Positions 40,296-54,629 of a stretch of 64,000 nt of DNA are shown piece by piece (the stretch's first letter is position 1; every line of letters begins with the position of its first letter). Source of the stretch: Chrysomallon squamiferum (Eukaryota > Animalia > Mollusca); assembly GCA_012295275.1 (NCBI GenBank), contig CM022679.1, positions 21,018,001-21,082,000 of the forward strand. The letters are read 5' to 3'. The position numbers and the translations under genes are program-made. The notes beneath the pieces were generated by a model. It was given only the letters and a program-made list of their open reading frames with translations. It did not search any database and was not told where the DNA came from.

Positions 40296-40401
40296 AACTG
40301 TATAAACGGCCCATATAAATAGAATTCATATTTAACTTTGTTTCATTCCCAAATCCGAAGCCATCGGTTCCAAGCATTTCGGATAAAGGATTCTCAGCTT
40401 A
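40204..40401. mobile_element. MITE with pogo/Tigger (Tigger4/MER46-like) terminal inverted repeats and an internal (TA)n
   Basis: Left end TAGGTTCACAATCCCTTATCCAAAAT versus the reverse complement of the right end TAAGCTGAGAATCCTTTATCCGAAAT: 20/26 identical. There is an internal direct sub-repeat ATTCCCAAATCCG twice and a TA before the left end. The right end CCAAGCATTTCGGATAAAGGATTCTCA resembles the remembered Tigger4/MER46 terminus. Confidence 0.7.
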
Positions 40402-40613
40402 AAATAATACCGAGCAATTAAAAAAGTGATTTTAAGAACATTCCTATCTCAACATCTTACATAATCGGTTTCCTAAATATAGAATTGGTCTGTGGAAGGG
40501 AGAGAATTAACAAAAGAAAGAAACTAACAACAGTACGAATGAATAATAAATAACTTCATTTTTTATCCATTTTTTATTATTTCACATATGCATGCTTACA
40601 CAAACACACATAA

Positions 40614-40682
<69 letters not shown>

Positions 40683-40897
40683 TCAGATCCATACGTTTAG
40701 ACACACACTCCACGTTTGTCTCTCTTGCTTTATATCAAAAGCGTTTCGTGAAACGGTGGTTGTCGAAGAATGAATATAAAATATTATTACACACTTCCTA
40801 TGAAATGAAATATTTAACTCACAGAGGACTTCTCTGAATTAATTTCTGGATAAAACTCTCTGCCCTGCCCAAACCACAACTTCATGTCTGTTGTTAA

Positions 40898-40950
40898 TGA
40901 CGTCAATCGATTATTGACGTCTGTATTTATTTTTAGAAACGGTGACGTCA
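40898..40950. promoter_or_regulatory. Cluster of CRE/ATF-type sites
   Basis: Perfect TGACGTCA at 40898-40905 and 40943-40950, plus TGACGTCT at 40915-40922. Confidence 0.45.
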
Positions 40951-41833
40951 GAAACAATCCACATACATTATGCTGCTATGAAAACTGCCATGCTAATTAT
41001 AAGTTCCCTAGTCACATTAAAATGTAGCTTTCATAATAATTTTATAACGGCTAATAGGTTTTTAAAGACAATCATAAAATTACAGCTAAATTACACATCT
41101 CGACAGCATCTAGAACGACAGCAGCAGCTGTGTTGAGGTTCTATGCTAATAGAAATCATTCCCCATAATCCTCCCCTGCATTGTCCGGACAGACAACATA
41201 ATTATTGGTATTTAAGAAACACGACTTTCAAGTTTCGCAGTTCATGTCTTTTGTCTGAGGTGACTGAATGAAAAATGTGGATTTTATCTGTGTTTGTTTT
41301 ACTAATGTCACATTACTAGGACAGCGGGGTCGAGTTTAAAAAAGATGTATAAATTAGGGTAAGATGAGGCAAGACAACCAGGTGGAGTAAATCGCCATCT
41401 CCTGAGTTTCAGAGATCGAGTCTCGCAGTGGTTTGTTAAGCTGAGGTTTGAAAATTTTCCTTTCCGCCAATGGCACAAACTAATAAACAAACGTCAGGGG
41501 CGCGGTCTTTTGTCCCTTCACTATAAAGATTTTGTCCTATTAATCTGTGTAAGATTTAATGTATGTCTTGTATTTCGTTGATAACCTGCGCTAGTTATTT
41601 TAATTATTGTTGGCGCACCGTGGGACCACAACATAATAAAAACGTTTTTTATCTCTCAGAGAGAGAGAGAGTTACTTGCAGATAGCTCTATGCACATGAA
41701 TATAAAAGAAACGCTGTGAGAGATGTAATTGAAAACGTTTACTGATTCTGCCTCTGAATCAGCAAATTCAAACAAAATTGAAGATAGTGTAACCAAATTA
41801 ATCTTCATTTTGTGACTCAGGTCATTTTATTGC

Positions 41834-41869
<36 letters not shown>

Positions 41870-42094
41870 AAAAAACGTTTAAAACTAAATAGAATATGTT
41901 CTGCTTTTAAAATGTTTTAAAAAGCTAATATTAAACTGAAAAATATATATCATAGAAGATCCTTTGTGAAAAACTGCTGCGTTATCGCTGAATCGTTCTT
42001 ACAGATAAGATATACCTGTTCTAGCCAGTGCAGCAAAAACTAAAAAATTAAAATATTACGTCAGAACCGTTTCATTTTATTACAGGTATGAAAT

Positions 42095-42365
42095 TAGAAA
42101 ACTCTGATATAGAAATATTTACACTGATATAGAATACTCTGATATAGAAATATGTACACTGATATAGAATACTCTGATATAGAAATATGTACACTGATAT
42201 AGAATACTCTGATATAGAAATATGTATACTGATATAGAAAACTCTGATATAGAAATATGTATACTGATATAGAAAACTCTGATATAGAAATATGTATACT
42301 GATGTAGAAAACTCTGATATAGAAATATATATACTGATATAGAAATATGTATACTGATATAGATA
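42095..42365 (+). repeat. 35-bp higher-order minisatellite made of 15-bp and 20-bp subunits sharing CTGATATAGAA
   Basis: Alternating ctgatatagaatact (or ...aaact) and ctgatatagaaatatgtaca (or ...tata); about 7.5 units. Confidence 0.92.
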
Positions 42366-43419
42366 CTGAAATTTATAATCACTATAAAGAGTGGAAAAAT
42401 ATATGACTAGATAAATTGCTGTATATCGTTGGAAGTCATTTATTCAGTGTTTATTTGTTGGCTTAGATTTTAAAGACAGGTTTGAAACTAAAAATATAAA
42501 CTGTTGCTAAGAACTGTTTTGTTTGATTTATTTTGTTTGATAAACCTGGTATGTTAAGAGTTTAGATAAAGCTCAGTTAAATACAAGTAGTGAATAGACA
42601 CATCTGTATGCTTTATAAACGCACACAAGTACAAACATAATTAAACGCCACAAATGAATAATGAATAATTAATGTGAGTATCAGGCAGAACAGTATATTC
42701 TTCAGTGTCGTTGTTGTTTGTGGGAATTGTCCGTTTTATTTTTATTTTTTATTTTTATCTTTTTTATTTTTTATTTTGTTATTTATTTTTTTATCTTGTT
42801 TACCTTTTCTAATTTTGTCGATTTGCCAGTGATGCTTTTAAATATTTTTTTCTATTTAATTAAAAAAAACTATTCCATAATTTCTAGATTTTAGTAACAG
42901 AAACTGAAATTATATTCATTTTCATCACCTGAATTTCAAAACACATTATTTAATTTTTATTGCACCATGTTAAATTAAATTCCATTGACACACCCCTAAT
43001 ATTAGTGCCGAATGGCATCGTCCAAAAAAAAACCACAAAAAAAAAAACAACATCGCGCGTTTTTCTCTGGCAAACGCCCAGTTAAAGTGAAAACATGTTT
43101 TGATATTTCGGAGTGGGAAGGAGGGTAGAGTGACATTGTCGTTTATAAGGAAATGATTTCTCAATGCCAGCTTGGCCTGGCTGTACACACATCTGCAAAT
43201 TACAATCACCTGATATAACAGCGGTATTTTCATTCCGAATTACTTGGCATTTCTTTTCTTCGGGGCTATACCTTCACACTGCTTCTTCGTAACGTTTGAT
43301 GAAATGTGATGCGCACATGGATCAGGTTCAGAATTTCAGACAAAGGGGCTCGGTATTGTCATCGTTGTGATGTACATGTGTGCGTGTGTGTCTGTCTGTC
43401 TGTCACTAAACGTGTGTGC

Positions 43420-43451
<32 letters not shown>

Positions 43452-44598
43452 CTGCGTGGGTGTGCATGTATGTGGGTGTTTTTGTGTGTGTGTGTGTGTG
43501 TGTTTGTTATACAGTCATAGTTCACTTTAGAATAAGGGAACAAGAGAGAGAAATGGTGTATTCGATTCCATTTAATGCATGAAAGTGTAATGTTGTATAT
43601 AATATATATATTTTTAACAACTGAAATTTTATTTCTTTGTGTTAAACACAGAGGATAAATCATTTTGTTGTTTTGTAATTTTACTTTAAAAATTAAAAAA
43701 AAAAAACAAAAAAAAAAACATAACTGAACTGCTGTTTCTTTTTTCATTAAGTATTATATTACAAGAAAAAGGAAGAAAAATAGATTTAGTTAAAAAAAAA
43801 CAAAAAAAAAAAAGAAATTAAATTACACTGAGTTGTTTTAGAAATATAGTTGAATTTTCAGATTTATGGTTTGGCTTTCGAACTTTCATTACCGTTTATA
43901 AAATGTGTGATAATAATAACAGTAACAACAACAATTACTACAATAATAATAATTCCTATGACGTTGTTGTTGTTGTTATTGTTATTATTATGAATTGAAA
44001 AAGAAATTTTATAATGTTGACTACGATGGTGCAGTGAATAGCTTGGCTGCTTTCCAAATATTTCAACAGCCTCCATCCCATTCCTTATGATTCATGTAAC
44101 AAAACAAAAAAAATCTCCCCACTTGTTATTTCAAAACTGATTCAACAAATGTTTCAAAATTACAGCTGAATTCTCAGAATAGAAATGCATCAGTATGATA
44201 GACTGATATCTGGAAAGAGCTTTATATTTCTATCAGCAGATATCCTAATGTATTTTCAGAGAAAAGTATCGACTGAGAAATCACACTGTCGGTGTTGTGA
44301 TAAAAAGATGAGGAAAATGGCGTCTTCACGTAGCAACAGCTTGGTGTTGCCAAGAGCTTTGGGCTAAAGTGGACTTCCTCCTTCAAGACGACGGATATTA
44401 CGTTTAAGCAACACGATTTCAACAGCATTTTTTGTTCGATACCTGTTATTTTATTCCGCGTTTAGATAGCTTTCGAAGGAGTGTGGCATCAAAGACGGCC
44501 ACGATTTAAACATTGTAGTAACAGTGTTTTTTTCTTTCAAACGCCTCCGATGAAGAAAACACCGTGTCAGGACACATTTCTGAAATGCATATAACATG

Positions 44599-44670
44599 GC
44601 GTCGGTGGTGTAACGGTTAGCATGGTTGCCTTCCAAGCAGTCGATCCGGGTTCGACTCCCGGCCGACGCA
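44599..44670 (+). tRNA. tRNA-Gly-TCC: tRNA-Gly, anticodon TCC
   Basis: GCGTCGG/CCGACGC acceptor stem with discriminator A, A-box TGGTGTAACGG, anticodon arm GTTGC-CTTCCAA-GCAGT and T-arm CCGGG-TTCGACT-CCCGG. It is 72 nt, intronless, with Pol III terminator T-runs at about 44680-44691. Confidence 0.96.
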
Positions 44671-47003
44671 TCCGTAATAATTTTGCTTTTTGAATGCATT
44701 CATTTTACAACAGCAAGTCCAACTGTAGTAACACACCTGTTATAAGTACAGATTAGTTAACCAAATACAGGTAATAAACACGCACGCACGCACGTTAGTG
44801 TAATTCCGATAGCTATGTATATTCAGCGTGACCGCCCCTCACCAGCACCAACTAGAAACAATCATAAAAAGTTATTTTGCAGTTTGCTCCAGATTATTCC
44901 TAATTCTTACTTTCGATTATAATAATTATAGTGATGATTCATTGACAAACAAGTAACAGAGAATCCATTATTTTCAAAAGAGGATGCAGACAGACAGACA
45001 CACACACACACACACGTATACGTTGGCGCTCGCGGACAAAGAAAAACGCTGTTCACAGCTGTACACTGTTTCGAAGACAACTAACGGTTGTTTGCTGCCA
45101 GTTTCGCGTTGCAGCACTTCCTCGCATACAGAGATTCAACTGACAGAGAAAGAATTGTTAGGCGTACAAACCGGTAACGTCCAATTATGAACCATCATCT
45201 ATAAAGGAACCTGTTAAGGGTATTTAACTAATTTCATGCATACTTGAGGAAATAGCTTGTCTCTACTAATAGTAGTGGGTATCACTTTTTAAACTAAATG
45301 TGTAATACTAAATATATTTCATCGTCATATTTTGAACACGTCATCAGAATGGTATTTCCTTTCAGCTTGTTTCTGTATTAAACCCAGTCTGTTGGTAATA
45401 TTTTTAGTAATCATTTATTAAAGTTGTGAACATGCTGACATGTTTCCTTGGTAACGAAAATGACAAGAAAAAACAAAAAAAAAAATTCTCGGAAATAGTT
45501 ATATACGTCTTTTTTTTTTTTAATAAAATTTTAAAAATTGTTTATTTTATAATTATTCTTAAGTAAATAAAGAATTAAGATGCACAAAGGACATATTTCA
45601 ATCTCTTCTTTTTCTCTTCATTTCTTTTCCTTGTTTGTGATCTCTTTTATTTCTTCTACGTCATCATCATCTCCATCTTTGTCGTCAACGTTTTCGTTTT
45701 TCATTGTAATGATTATTAGCTGCATCTTCTTTGTTATTATTTTTATCAACACATTTTCTTTTACTTCTTTGTCGCATCATCGCCAACTTTTTTTTTCTTA
45801 TTTTATTTGATTTTTCTTCTTATTATTTTTTTTTATATTAAATATTAAATAAGAATTATATATATATATTAATTGTTTTGGGTTTTTCCCGTTGACGTTA
45901 TGACATCAGCTTCGTCTTTTTTGCCTTAAAAACGTCTTAATAGCTGTACTTTTTTCAAAACAGAAAAAAAAAAAAAAAAAACATCCTACAATATGCAAGC
46001 AGATTCTGCGCAAGAAGTCAGCTGCACTGAATTTTCCAGGATTCCAAACCCCCTCGTAACAACGAAGAATTTTATCAGTTCTTTCATGCATGGCAAACCT
46101 TCCATCCACATGATGGTTTACAAGACAAACATGATAGACCATAACTCTTGTCATGTTGTATAAAGCAGGATGTTTGGCTCAGTGTCAAGTTAGCGTTTTT
46201 CCCTTCCAGAAATAATGTATTTTAGACCGAAGTTCATTGTAGAGGATCATTTTATTAATAGGTTATTTTTCTACTTAAAGAACGAATCGAGGAGTAACAT
46301 GTTTCCTTGCTAGTCATATAGGTTAACAAAATGAGACTATTATTTGTAAATAAAATACACACACACAAACAAATACAAATACAACTGTAAATTCATATTG
46401 AAAATATCCCCTAAAATTACGTTGTTACTGAAATATGTATTAATTTTCCTTGAAAAATCAACTTACAACGGTTGCATTATCACGATTATCATCATCATTA
46501 ACATCTTGTCATCATTGTCATCAATCATCATTATTAATGTATTTATTTATTTATCAATTTATTAATTTTATTATTGCGTGTTTGAGGGGTTTTTTTGGGG
46601 GCGGTTATTGTTTTTGTTTGTTTTTGTGATTAAGGTCTTCGTCGCTTCTTTTTCAATTTAATTTACTGATGTAAAGGGAAACAACTTGGTGCAGTGTAAA
46701 TACGAAGTAATTCAGAGTTATTTCCCGCACAGTAGTTCAATCGGGCACACGATGTAAGGGAGCAACCACAATTTCAGAAAGAGAAGGAGCACTGGCCTAG
46801 TGTTGAATATTCTGACAATTTCAAATGAGTTCCATTATGATAAAGGTTAAAACATAGGTATTTTCATGCGCCTTGGTGGTGCTATCGTAGTATGACTCGT
46901 TACTGTTCACCATTGTGTGTCAGCCCGCAACAAAAACAACAAAATAATTTGAAAATAATTAGCAAGGATACGTAGTTTTAAATTATAAACTAAGTGGAGA
47001 TAA

Positions 47004-47042
<39 letters not shown>

Positions 47043-47100
47043 TGTGTTTGTTTTATTAAATTTCATTTCACGTTATTATTATTTTTATTATTATTATTAT

Positions 47101-47144
<44 letters not shown>

Positions 47145-48056
47145 TTTTCTAATCCACTGATTCTCATAATTTAGTAACCTGTATATTGTTATTAATACAG
47201 CTCTCTCCACAGACGATGGTCCAGATTTCATAAAATAAAAGTGCACGCAGATTGTTATGAAGATAACTTTCAAGATGAATGAAGAAAAATATAATAAAAA
47301 TTTGAAAAGTTTGTCTGGAGCCTCTTTATAGATTCCATATCATGAAAAAAAGGTTTAAAAAATCTTAAGAATCTTGAGATGAAATTCGTAAAAGGCGAAG
47401 CAAAAAGTCAGAACATTCAGATTTAAGAGAAAAAGACACGCTGCTGGTTTTTACTCTTATTTTTGTAATTTGATTTCTTACACACCCACTTCATAAACAG
47501 TGTAAGATGTTTGTTCTTAGATAACTGGCGAATTTCTGTTACGTAATATTTCTAATATGAAAACAGTTAAATGCTGAATGTTAATAAAGACTTCCGATAA
47601 AATTTGTTTGTTGTCTATCAGTAAAAATAATATAACAACGTTACTACGAACAACAACAATCACAATAATATAGTTACATTCGAAACATTTGTTGCCATTA
47701 TTATAGTTTGAATTCAGCATTTATTCCTTAGTACGTCTGTTTGTCGGTGTGTATGGATGTGTGTGTCTGTGCGTGCCTGAATGAAAAAGTTTTGATCCCA
47801 TCACTATACAATAAATTAATAATGATAAAACAATGGGAATATTGTTACAACTCCAAAACCGCATCTTACCGATTAATAAAGGAAGATTTTTTTTATATGC
47901 GTCTTTCAGTAGGTCTACATCCGAATCAGTGTACAATACATATCCTTCTATAGACTGACTGAGGCGAGTTGTGTTAATTGGAAATAAAATATTAACTGCA
48001 TGATGAAGCTTTAAAATGACCTTATTTTGACAGGGAGCTGAACGAAAAAATAAATA

Positions 48057-48090
<34 letters not shown>

Positions 48091-49808
48091 TTAAAAAAAA
48101 AAAAATTAAATAAATAAATAAATAACAGTTTATCATCTCCACAGAAGAATACACTCTATTTGTGTTTGGTTTTCACTATTTCATAGCTAATAAAACATAT
48201 AATAATTATGTCCGCGATTTCTGATGTTCCAACCAGACCTACATAGATATGAATAAGATGATAAATGTTGTATAATATTATAAATTACATAACGCTGTTA
48301 CATAACATGATGAATCAGATTTGTTTGCATTGTATGATGTGTTAGCCGGACATCACCAGTTTCATCTGAAACCACAGCACTATGCATAAGATGAATCTTG
48401 TGTAAACAGATTTTATTTATGTCTGTTTCAATATACAACTTTCTGTACTGGCTTATTATGAAATTACATATAATCACTTGAATTATGATGTCCCTCAGTA
48501 AATTTATGTAAATAATCTAATGTTAAATATGTATTAAAGTAATATTAACATAAATAATATATAATATGTAAGAATTGTATGTAAAATATGTAATAAGATA
48601 ATGCAAAACATGATTCTAATGATGTGATGTAAAACTTGTAATATGAATTATAAAGCTTATAATGATGTAAAACGTCATAATGCAATATTAATATGAAATA
48701 ATATAATACGTAACATAATATCATGTTGTTATTAATGTTATATAGATAATATAAAGTTTGTATTAATGTAAAACGTAATGTTATATTAACGGGTACTAAT
48801 ATAATATAACATGCAATATAAACTTAAAGTGATCCAAAACATGTTATAATGTTACACTATCATGTAATAAAATAAAATTTATAACATGCAAAACATGTTA
48901 TAATGTTATATTAATATATAATAGTAAAATGAAAAACGTAATACTGAAATCTAAAATATTTAATAATTTTAATAATAATCATGATAATAACAACAGTAAT
49001 AATAACAACAACAACAACAACAACACAATAAAATTAATTTATTAACAAAACTTAATAACAATAAAAAAAAAAAACATTAACGACAATATAACCAACATTT
49101 AATAATAACAACAACATACACATTAATTAACTTATAAACGCATCTCTCTCGGTTTCGTTTCACCTAAAAGTGCTGAGGTCAAACCAAGGTCGCTTGCTGC
49201 AACTTTTGTTGTCCAGAAACTCGATCGTCCATAAAAAATTATATCAGCTGAACGTCTGTTAATAAAGCAGGGACCCTGCACGTCTAACTACCGTAACCAG
49301 TATCCCGTCCCCTTGTTTCTGCAGCCAGCATGTCTGCCCCGGGGTTAATCAAACTATTAAAGGGGATAGAGAAAATTTAATGGGCCGACTGTTAATGTCA
49401 CGCCGTAAAGTAACAACAGGGTAAGTCTGCGTGACGTCCTCACTGTCGTAGTAGTTTTATGCGACGTCGGTGAATTAAAGGTTTTAAAAACGAGATAGCA
49501 GTGGTCAGATTAAAGACGTTTAAAACGAAGGACTGAATATTTGTTTTAACAACGGCTTAATACATATTGTGTTCGGCTGTTAAGTGTTTTATTTAGTTAT
49601 AAATACGTCGTGTTTCTGTAATGATGGTGTTTGCGAGAGGACGCTTCGGCTGTCGACATACCAGTGCACGTGTTTGTCCATTAGCGGCAGCAAGAACTCT
49701 TTTATATGTGTTTTATCACGCATGTCATGACTGGTGATACGCCGTAGAGAGGAAACCCGCTGTTTATATGTATATATATATATTTTTGTATGTATTTATA
49801 TATTTATA

Positions 49809-49852
<44 letters not shown>

Positions 49853-50000
49853 TACACATATACACACACAAACAGATACACACACACACATACATATCGA
49901 TTTAGATTACCTAAATCCTATTTTTAAAGCAATTAAAAAAAAAAAAAAAAAAATTATATCTGAAAACAAATAATAAATAAGTAAACAACAACAACAATAA

Positions 50001-50040
<40 letters not shown>

Positions 50041-50234
50041 ATTAGTCGTAACGACCATCCAAATGTGTATCATATATCAAGATTATATAATCTGATAAAA
50101 TGCTTAAAATGTGCTTCGAAGAAACTCAGTGTTTATTGACGTAATAATAATTATATGTATTAATCAAAGTGTGCTCTTCGAAATCTTGGAGCTCTCCGAT
50201 TATATTTTAATATTTTACATGATATAACTATTTT

Positions 50235-50274
<40 letters not shown>

Positions 50275-50374
50275 AACTTTTTATTATTCTTTTGTTATTT
50301 TATTTATTCTTTCCTTCTTTATATTCTTTTAAATGTTCTATATCTCTTTTCTTTATTCCTGTTTCTTTGTTCTA

Positions 50375-50414
<40 letters not shown>

Positions 50415-53022
50415 TTTTTGTTTTATGAAACAAATCTTAATGAATTTATCATTAAAATAAATAACACAATTTAAAACAATAATAATAATAATTAAAAAAA
50501 CAAACACCTTTAAAGTTCATGTAAGAAAAACTCCTTCGAAATTTGAAATATGTTTTAGCACTGTGAAGCACTCCAGACACCAAAACTGAATGTCTGAGAG
50601 CTCTTCCTGTAGGTAATGAGTTTGTGTCACCTGAAAACGTTCACGGAAGATCAATAAGACACGGTAACCAACCGCACGTCACGGTATTTGATGATGCACC
50701 TAAGGTATGGCCGGCAATTGAAACTCTTTGAACCAACGTGACCTGCCACAAACGCGCCCTGTGGACAGAATAGATTGCTGTTGGTATTAAAAGAGAACAT
50801 ATTTATTCAGTCACATTCAGTGTTGTCTTTTACAGTGCGGGCACCCCGTTACAGTGTTTCGATTTACTCCATAAAGCACGGTGTTTTCGGCCAAACAAAG
50901 GACTCACAACCGGTGTAGGTAGCCCGACGCAGAAGGTGGTTAGTTAAGTTTTTACAAGAACCCGTGGCGTATCGCAGAAAGCTTTAATTTTGAAAACGAA
51001 TTTTCATTGTTTCTTTGTGTGTACTGATAGAGTTAATTTCAAATTATTTTTATGTTTTATTTTATTTTTTTAGTTTCTGTATAGCAAAAGTAATAAATAA
51101 AATGTTGCAGTAACTCTTAGAAACTGTGCAGGAATATCTATGCTAGTGTTCAATAAAGTCTTGCGGGAAACCCACCATCAATAAAACAAAATTCGATATC
51201 CCCTTTCACTGAAGCCAGACGCAGCTTAAAGCAGATGTACATTACTGAGGTCCAGTTAGACTCCAAAATATCACTAATATTTCAACAAAGAAATAAAAAA
51301 AAAATAATGAACTGTCCAAAACGAAAAAAATAAATTGTTTTGCCTCTTTGTCCAATGTGTAGGGCAAGACACTCACGATTGTGGGACAAAAAGCCCATCC
51401 TCACAAACTTTAATTTGTTTACTTTATCACTGATGTCAGATGAATTTACCACTTCAGAAAAGTATAACATCTTTATTTCCCATTATTATTCTGTGTCTCA
51501 GTTATATACAATCCTTCTACTCTGTAACTGTCGCATCCTCTCTCTCTCTCTCTCTCTGAAGAAATATTACTTATGCATAACATTTAAACAAATAAATGGG
51601 TGAAGAAGTTTGTAGTGAATGAACACTCGGTAATAGGCGTCTTGCGTAATACTGAAAAACCATACATCAACTTGACAGAAGTACTGGACATTACTCGCGT
51701 AAATCTGTATCAATAAACAGCTAACACTTTACAGAAAAAAGACAGACACTACTTGTTGTTGTTGTTTTTTTGCTATGCACAGAATGATATTAAATTAACA
51801 AAACTATGAATTTCACTAAAATGTTGACCAAAACAGCAAGATCGACCTAAGAAACTATCAGCTTTGTTTATCAGCTTCTCATCTGAGGCAGGAAGGAAAG
51901 TTTTCAAATGGAAGCTAATAAAGTACCCAGAGACCGGCTGTATCATTCCATCTCTGATATTTAGGTGGTTAACATTTGTATAGTTTTCGTATTTATTTAT
52001 GTGTTTTAAATCGGTATAAACAGTATGAAACACAAAACATCTTTGACTGAGAAATCCTTTTTTTATTTAACCCTTTTTAAAAACTTGATAAATGTCATTC
52101 AATGCACGTGAAGCTTGTTTTAATAAAATGGGAGGATAAACTTCAGTGTTAATGCTGAACAATCAAGAACACATGTAGAGGCCTCTACTAGAAAAATGTC
52201 AAAAGATGATTATTTAAACTAAATTGGGGTATATGTATTTGGCAGTGAACAGTATTTCCCGTTCCAGTCAGAACCTCACGAATTTATAAATTATTTTTAG
52301 GTAATCCTTTATACGGAAATTCATTTATGTAAGATTAGATGGTTCGAATAATGGAATTGTTTAGGAAAACAACAATACAGACTCGCTGTGTATTTTACGG
52401 AGGTCGTCGACTTGAGTAAAGTCAACATTACACAACGAAATAGGTTGATGTCTTGTTTTGTTCACTGTTCTTGTTTCTCGAGACTTCAATTGTAAACCCT
52501 GGAGCAGATGTCGCTGTCAAAAGAAAGTATAGTCATCTGCAAACACACGCAACCTCCAGCACCGGAGACAAGCTCATCATGGTAATGACGTACGGTCACG
52601 CAAGCCGATCAAGAGACACACGGACAAATGACAGTACTTACTGGACTGTGTAGCGAAAATCACTTACATTTCCCTCGTATCATATCAATCTTTTTAACAC
52701 CATCGTCATATAACACTTTTGATGACAGGGCTCAAGATATCGAGTTAAGGCTTTAATTAAATATTTTTTTTTGTATGGCGAATTGTGAAACAACATCTGG
52801 ACATCGCGAAGTCCTGCACGTCGTTGTGTTATTGTAATTACAAGGGTGTGGTGAGTTGGGGCTTTCCTGCGCCTCGGTCAGGCCGAACCCGAGGGCTAAC
52901 CACGCCTGGCTGAATGAAATAAATTAATGTGGTTGAATCTTCGCAAATTGTCAACACTTGTTTGATGTTTCGACATTTTCTAATTGAGAAGGCAGAGATA
53001 CCTTAGAAAATTAGGTGTGTAT

Positions 53023-53060
<38 letters not shown>

Positions 53061-54225
53061 TGGCTTACATGTATATATATGTGTGAGTATATGAATGTAT
53101 TATGCGTGTATGTATGTATTATACATGTATGTATGCGCATATGAATGTATGTAAATAACCGATAACTGGCCATGCAATTAATTAAACATATCTGGTACAG
53201 TAAGCAAAAACAAATAAGCAGTAAACAATATCATTCACAGCCAAAGTACCGTTTATAAAGCTGTAAAACTGTCACCATGGAAATCCTGATTGTTATGTAC
53301 GTGATACGTTTTACTTAACAGATGTGTTAGGAATCTCCAGTGGAATTTAAAATGGCCATTACCCATGATATAAGCTCGGTACTGAAGTCAGCGCTGGAAC
53401 TCAAGGATTTGAGATAATCTCTCGTTTCTGTTCACCAGCCCTTGTTTTAACCTTCTTCCATTGTCACAGCCTCCTATTTGTTTTTATATTATTATTGTGT
53501 TACTGGTGATATATCTACCAGTGACAGCCTCTTAGTTATTTAGAGATAATAATAAAATAAAAATGGTTAGCAGAATGTATCTGTATCAGTTGAGACTGGG
53601 GGGTCTGTCCGCTGACGTATCATTATCGCCTTGGGGTTGAACGGTTGTTTAAATCTCGTAAATTATTTGGCTTATTTTTCTTTCTCCGCTGCGGGTAATG
53701 CTTGCTGTAGATTATTTGAGTTAATTAACTACTTGTTGGCCCGTTTAGATCTTGTAAATTAATTTGTGTTTTTCACTTTTCACTGGTAGTTTTACATTGA
53801 CGAATTAGTTCTTTTGTTGTTTTTTTTTTTTTACTGGTTATTTAAATCTTGTAAATTAATTAACTTATTTTTCTTCTCACACACCGTTTAAATATTCAAA
53901 ATTCCGTAAAGCTTTTTTACGTTTCAGCTGGCCATTTTATCAGATTTCTCTTTTCATTTAAATATTCTGAATTCTTATACAGCGTAGGCCTATATTAAAT
54001 TTTATTCACGCATTAAACATTGAAAACTATTCAAATGTTTGTCTCTTCACTGACTCTTTAAAGATATTCAGCTCAGTTAATTTCCACAGGCAATAAATAT
54101 AAGTTATCGGGTTAAAAATAAAGTATGCAGTTTAATTTTTACTATTTTCCTTTATTTAAAACTCTTTTACATTTCACTTTGGGATCAGTTAACATCATAA
54201 ATACGGTAAACAATTTTTACACACA

Positions 54226-54262
<37 letters not shown>

Positions 54263-54587
54263 CGCATCGACTCTAAGTTACTGGAAAAATTCAATTATTA
54301 TAGTACGTTTCACTAGTAAGTAATTAGAAATGTTTGTAGTACGTAGTTTAATGCTAAAACACATCTGTTTTCACTTATTGAAAAACTGTTATTACAGAGT
54401 TAGTAACAACTCAGAGAGAAAACTTAGTCTTTATTTTATTCAGTTTTGAACAGCGAGTCCAGCACTGAGCTATGTACTTTTCAGGTGGAACGGGATAAAT
54501 ATGAGATTGTCCAAGGATAGGTTCACACTACGTATTTGTTGTAATTGCAAAGAATTAACCACATTTTATATTAATTTTCTGATTTGG

Positions 54588-54629
<42 letters not shown>

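Noticed and set aside
43020-43375. Complex, moderately GC-rich block with ORF 42970-43233
   Set aside because: No recognisable protein motif in the frames read and no coherent splice pair; more likely non-coding.
48500-48960. Extremely AT-rich stretch with recurring atgtaata/taacatg words
   Set aside because: No definable unit or period; treated as decayed low-complexity sequence.
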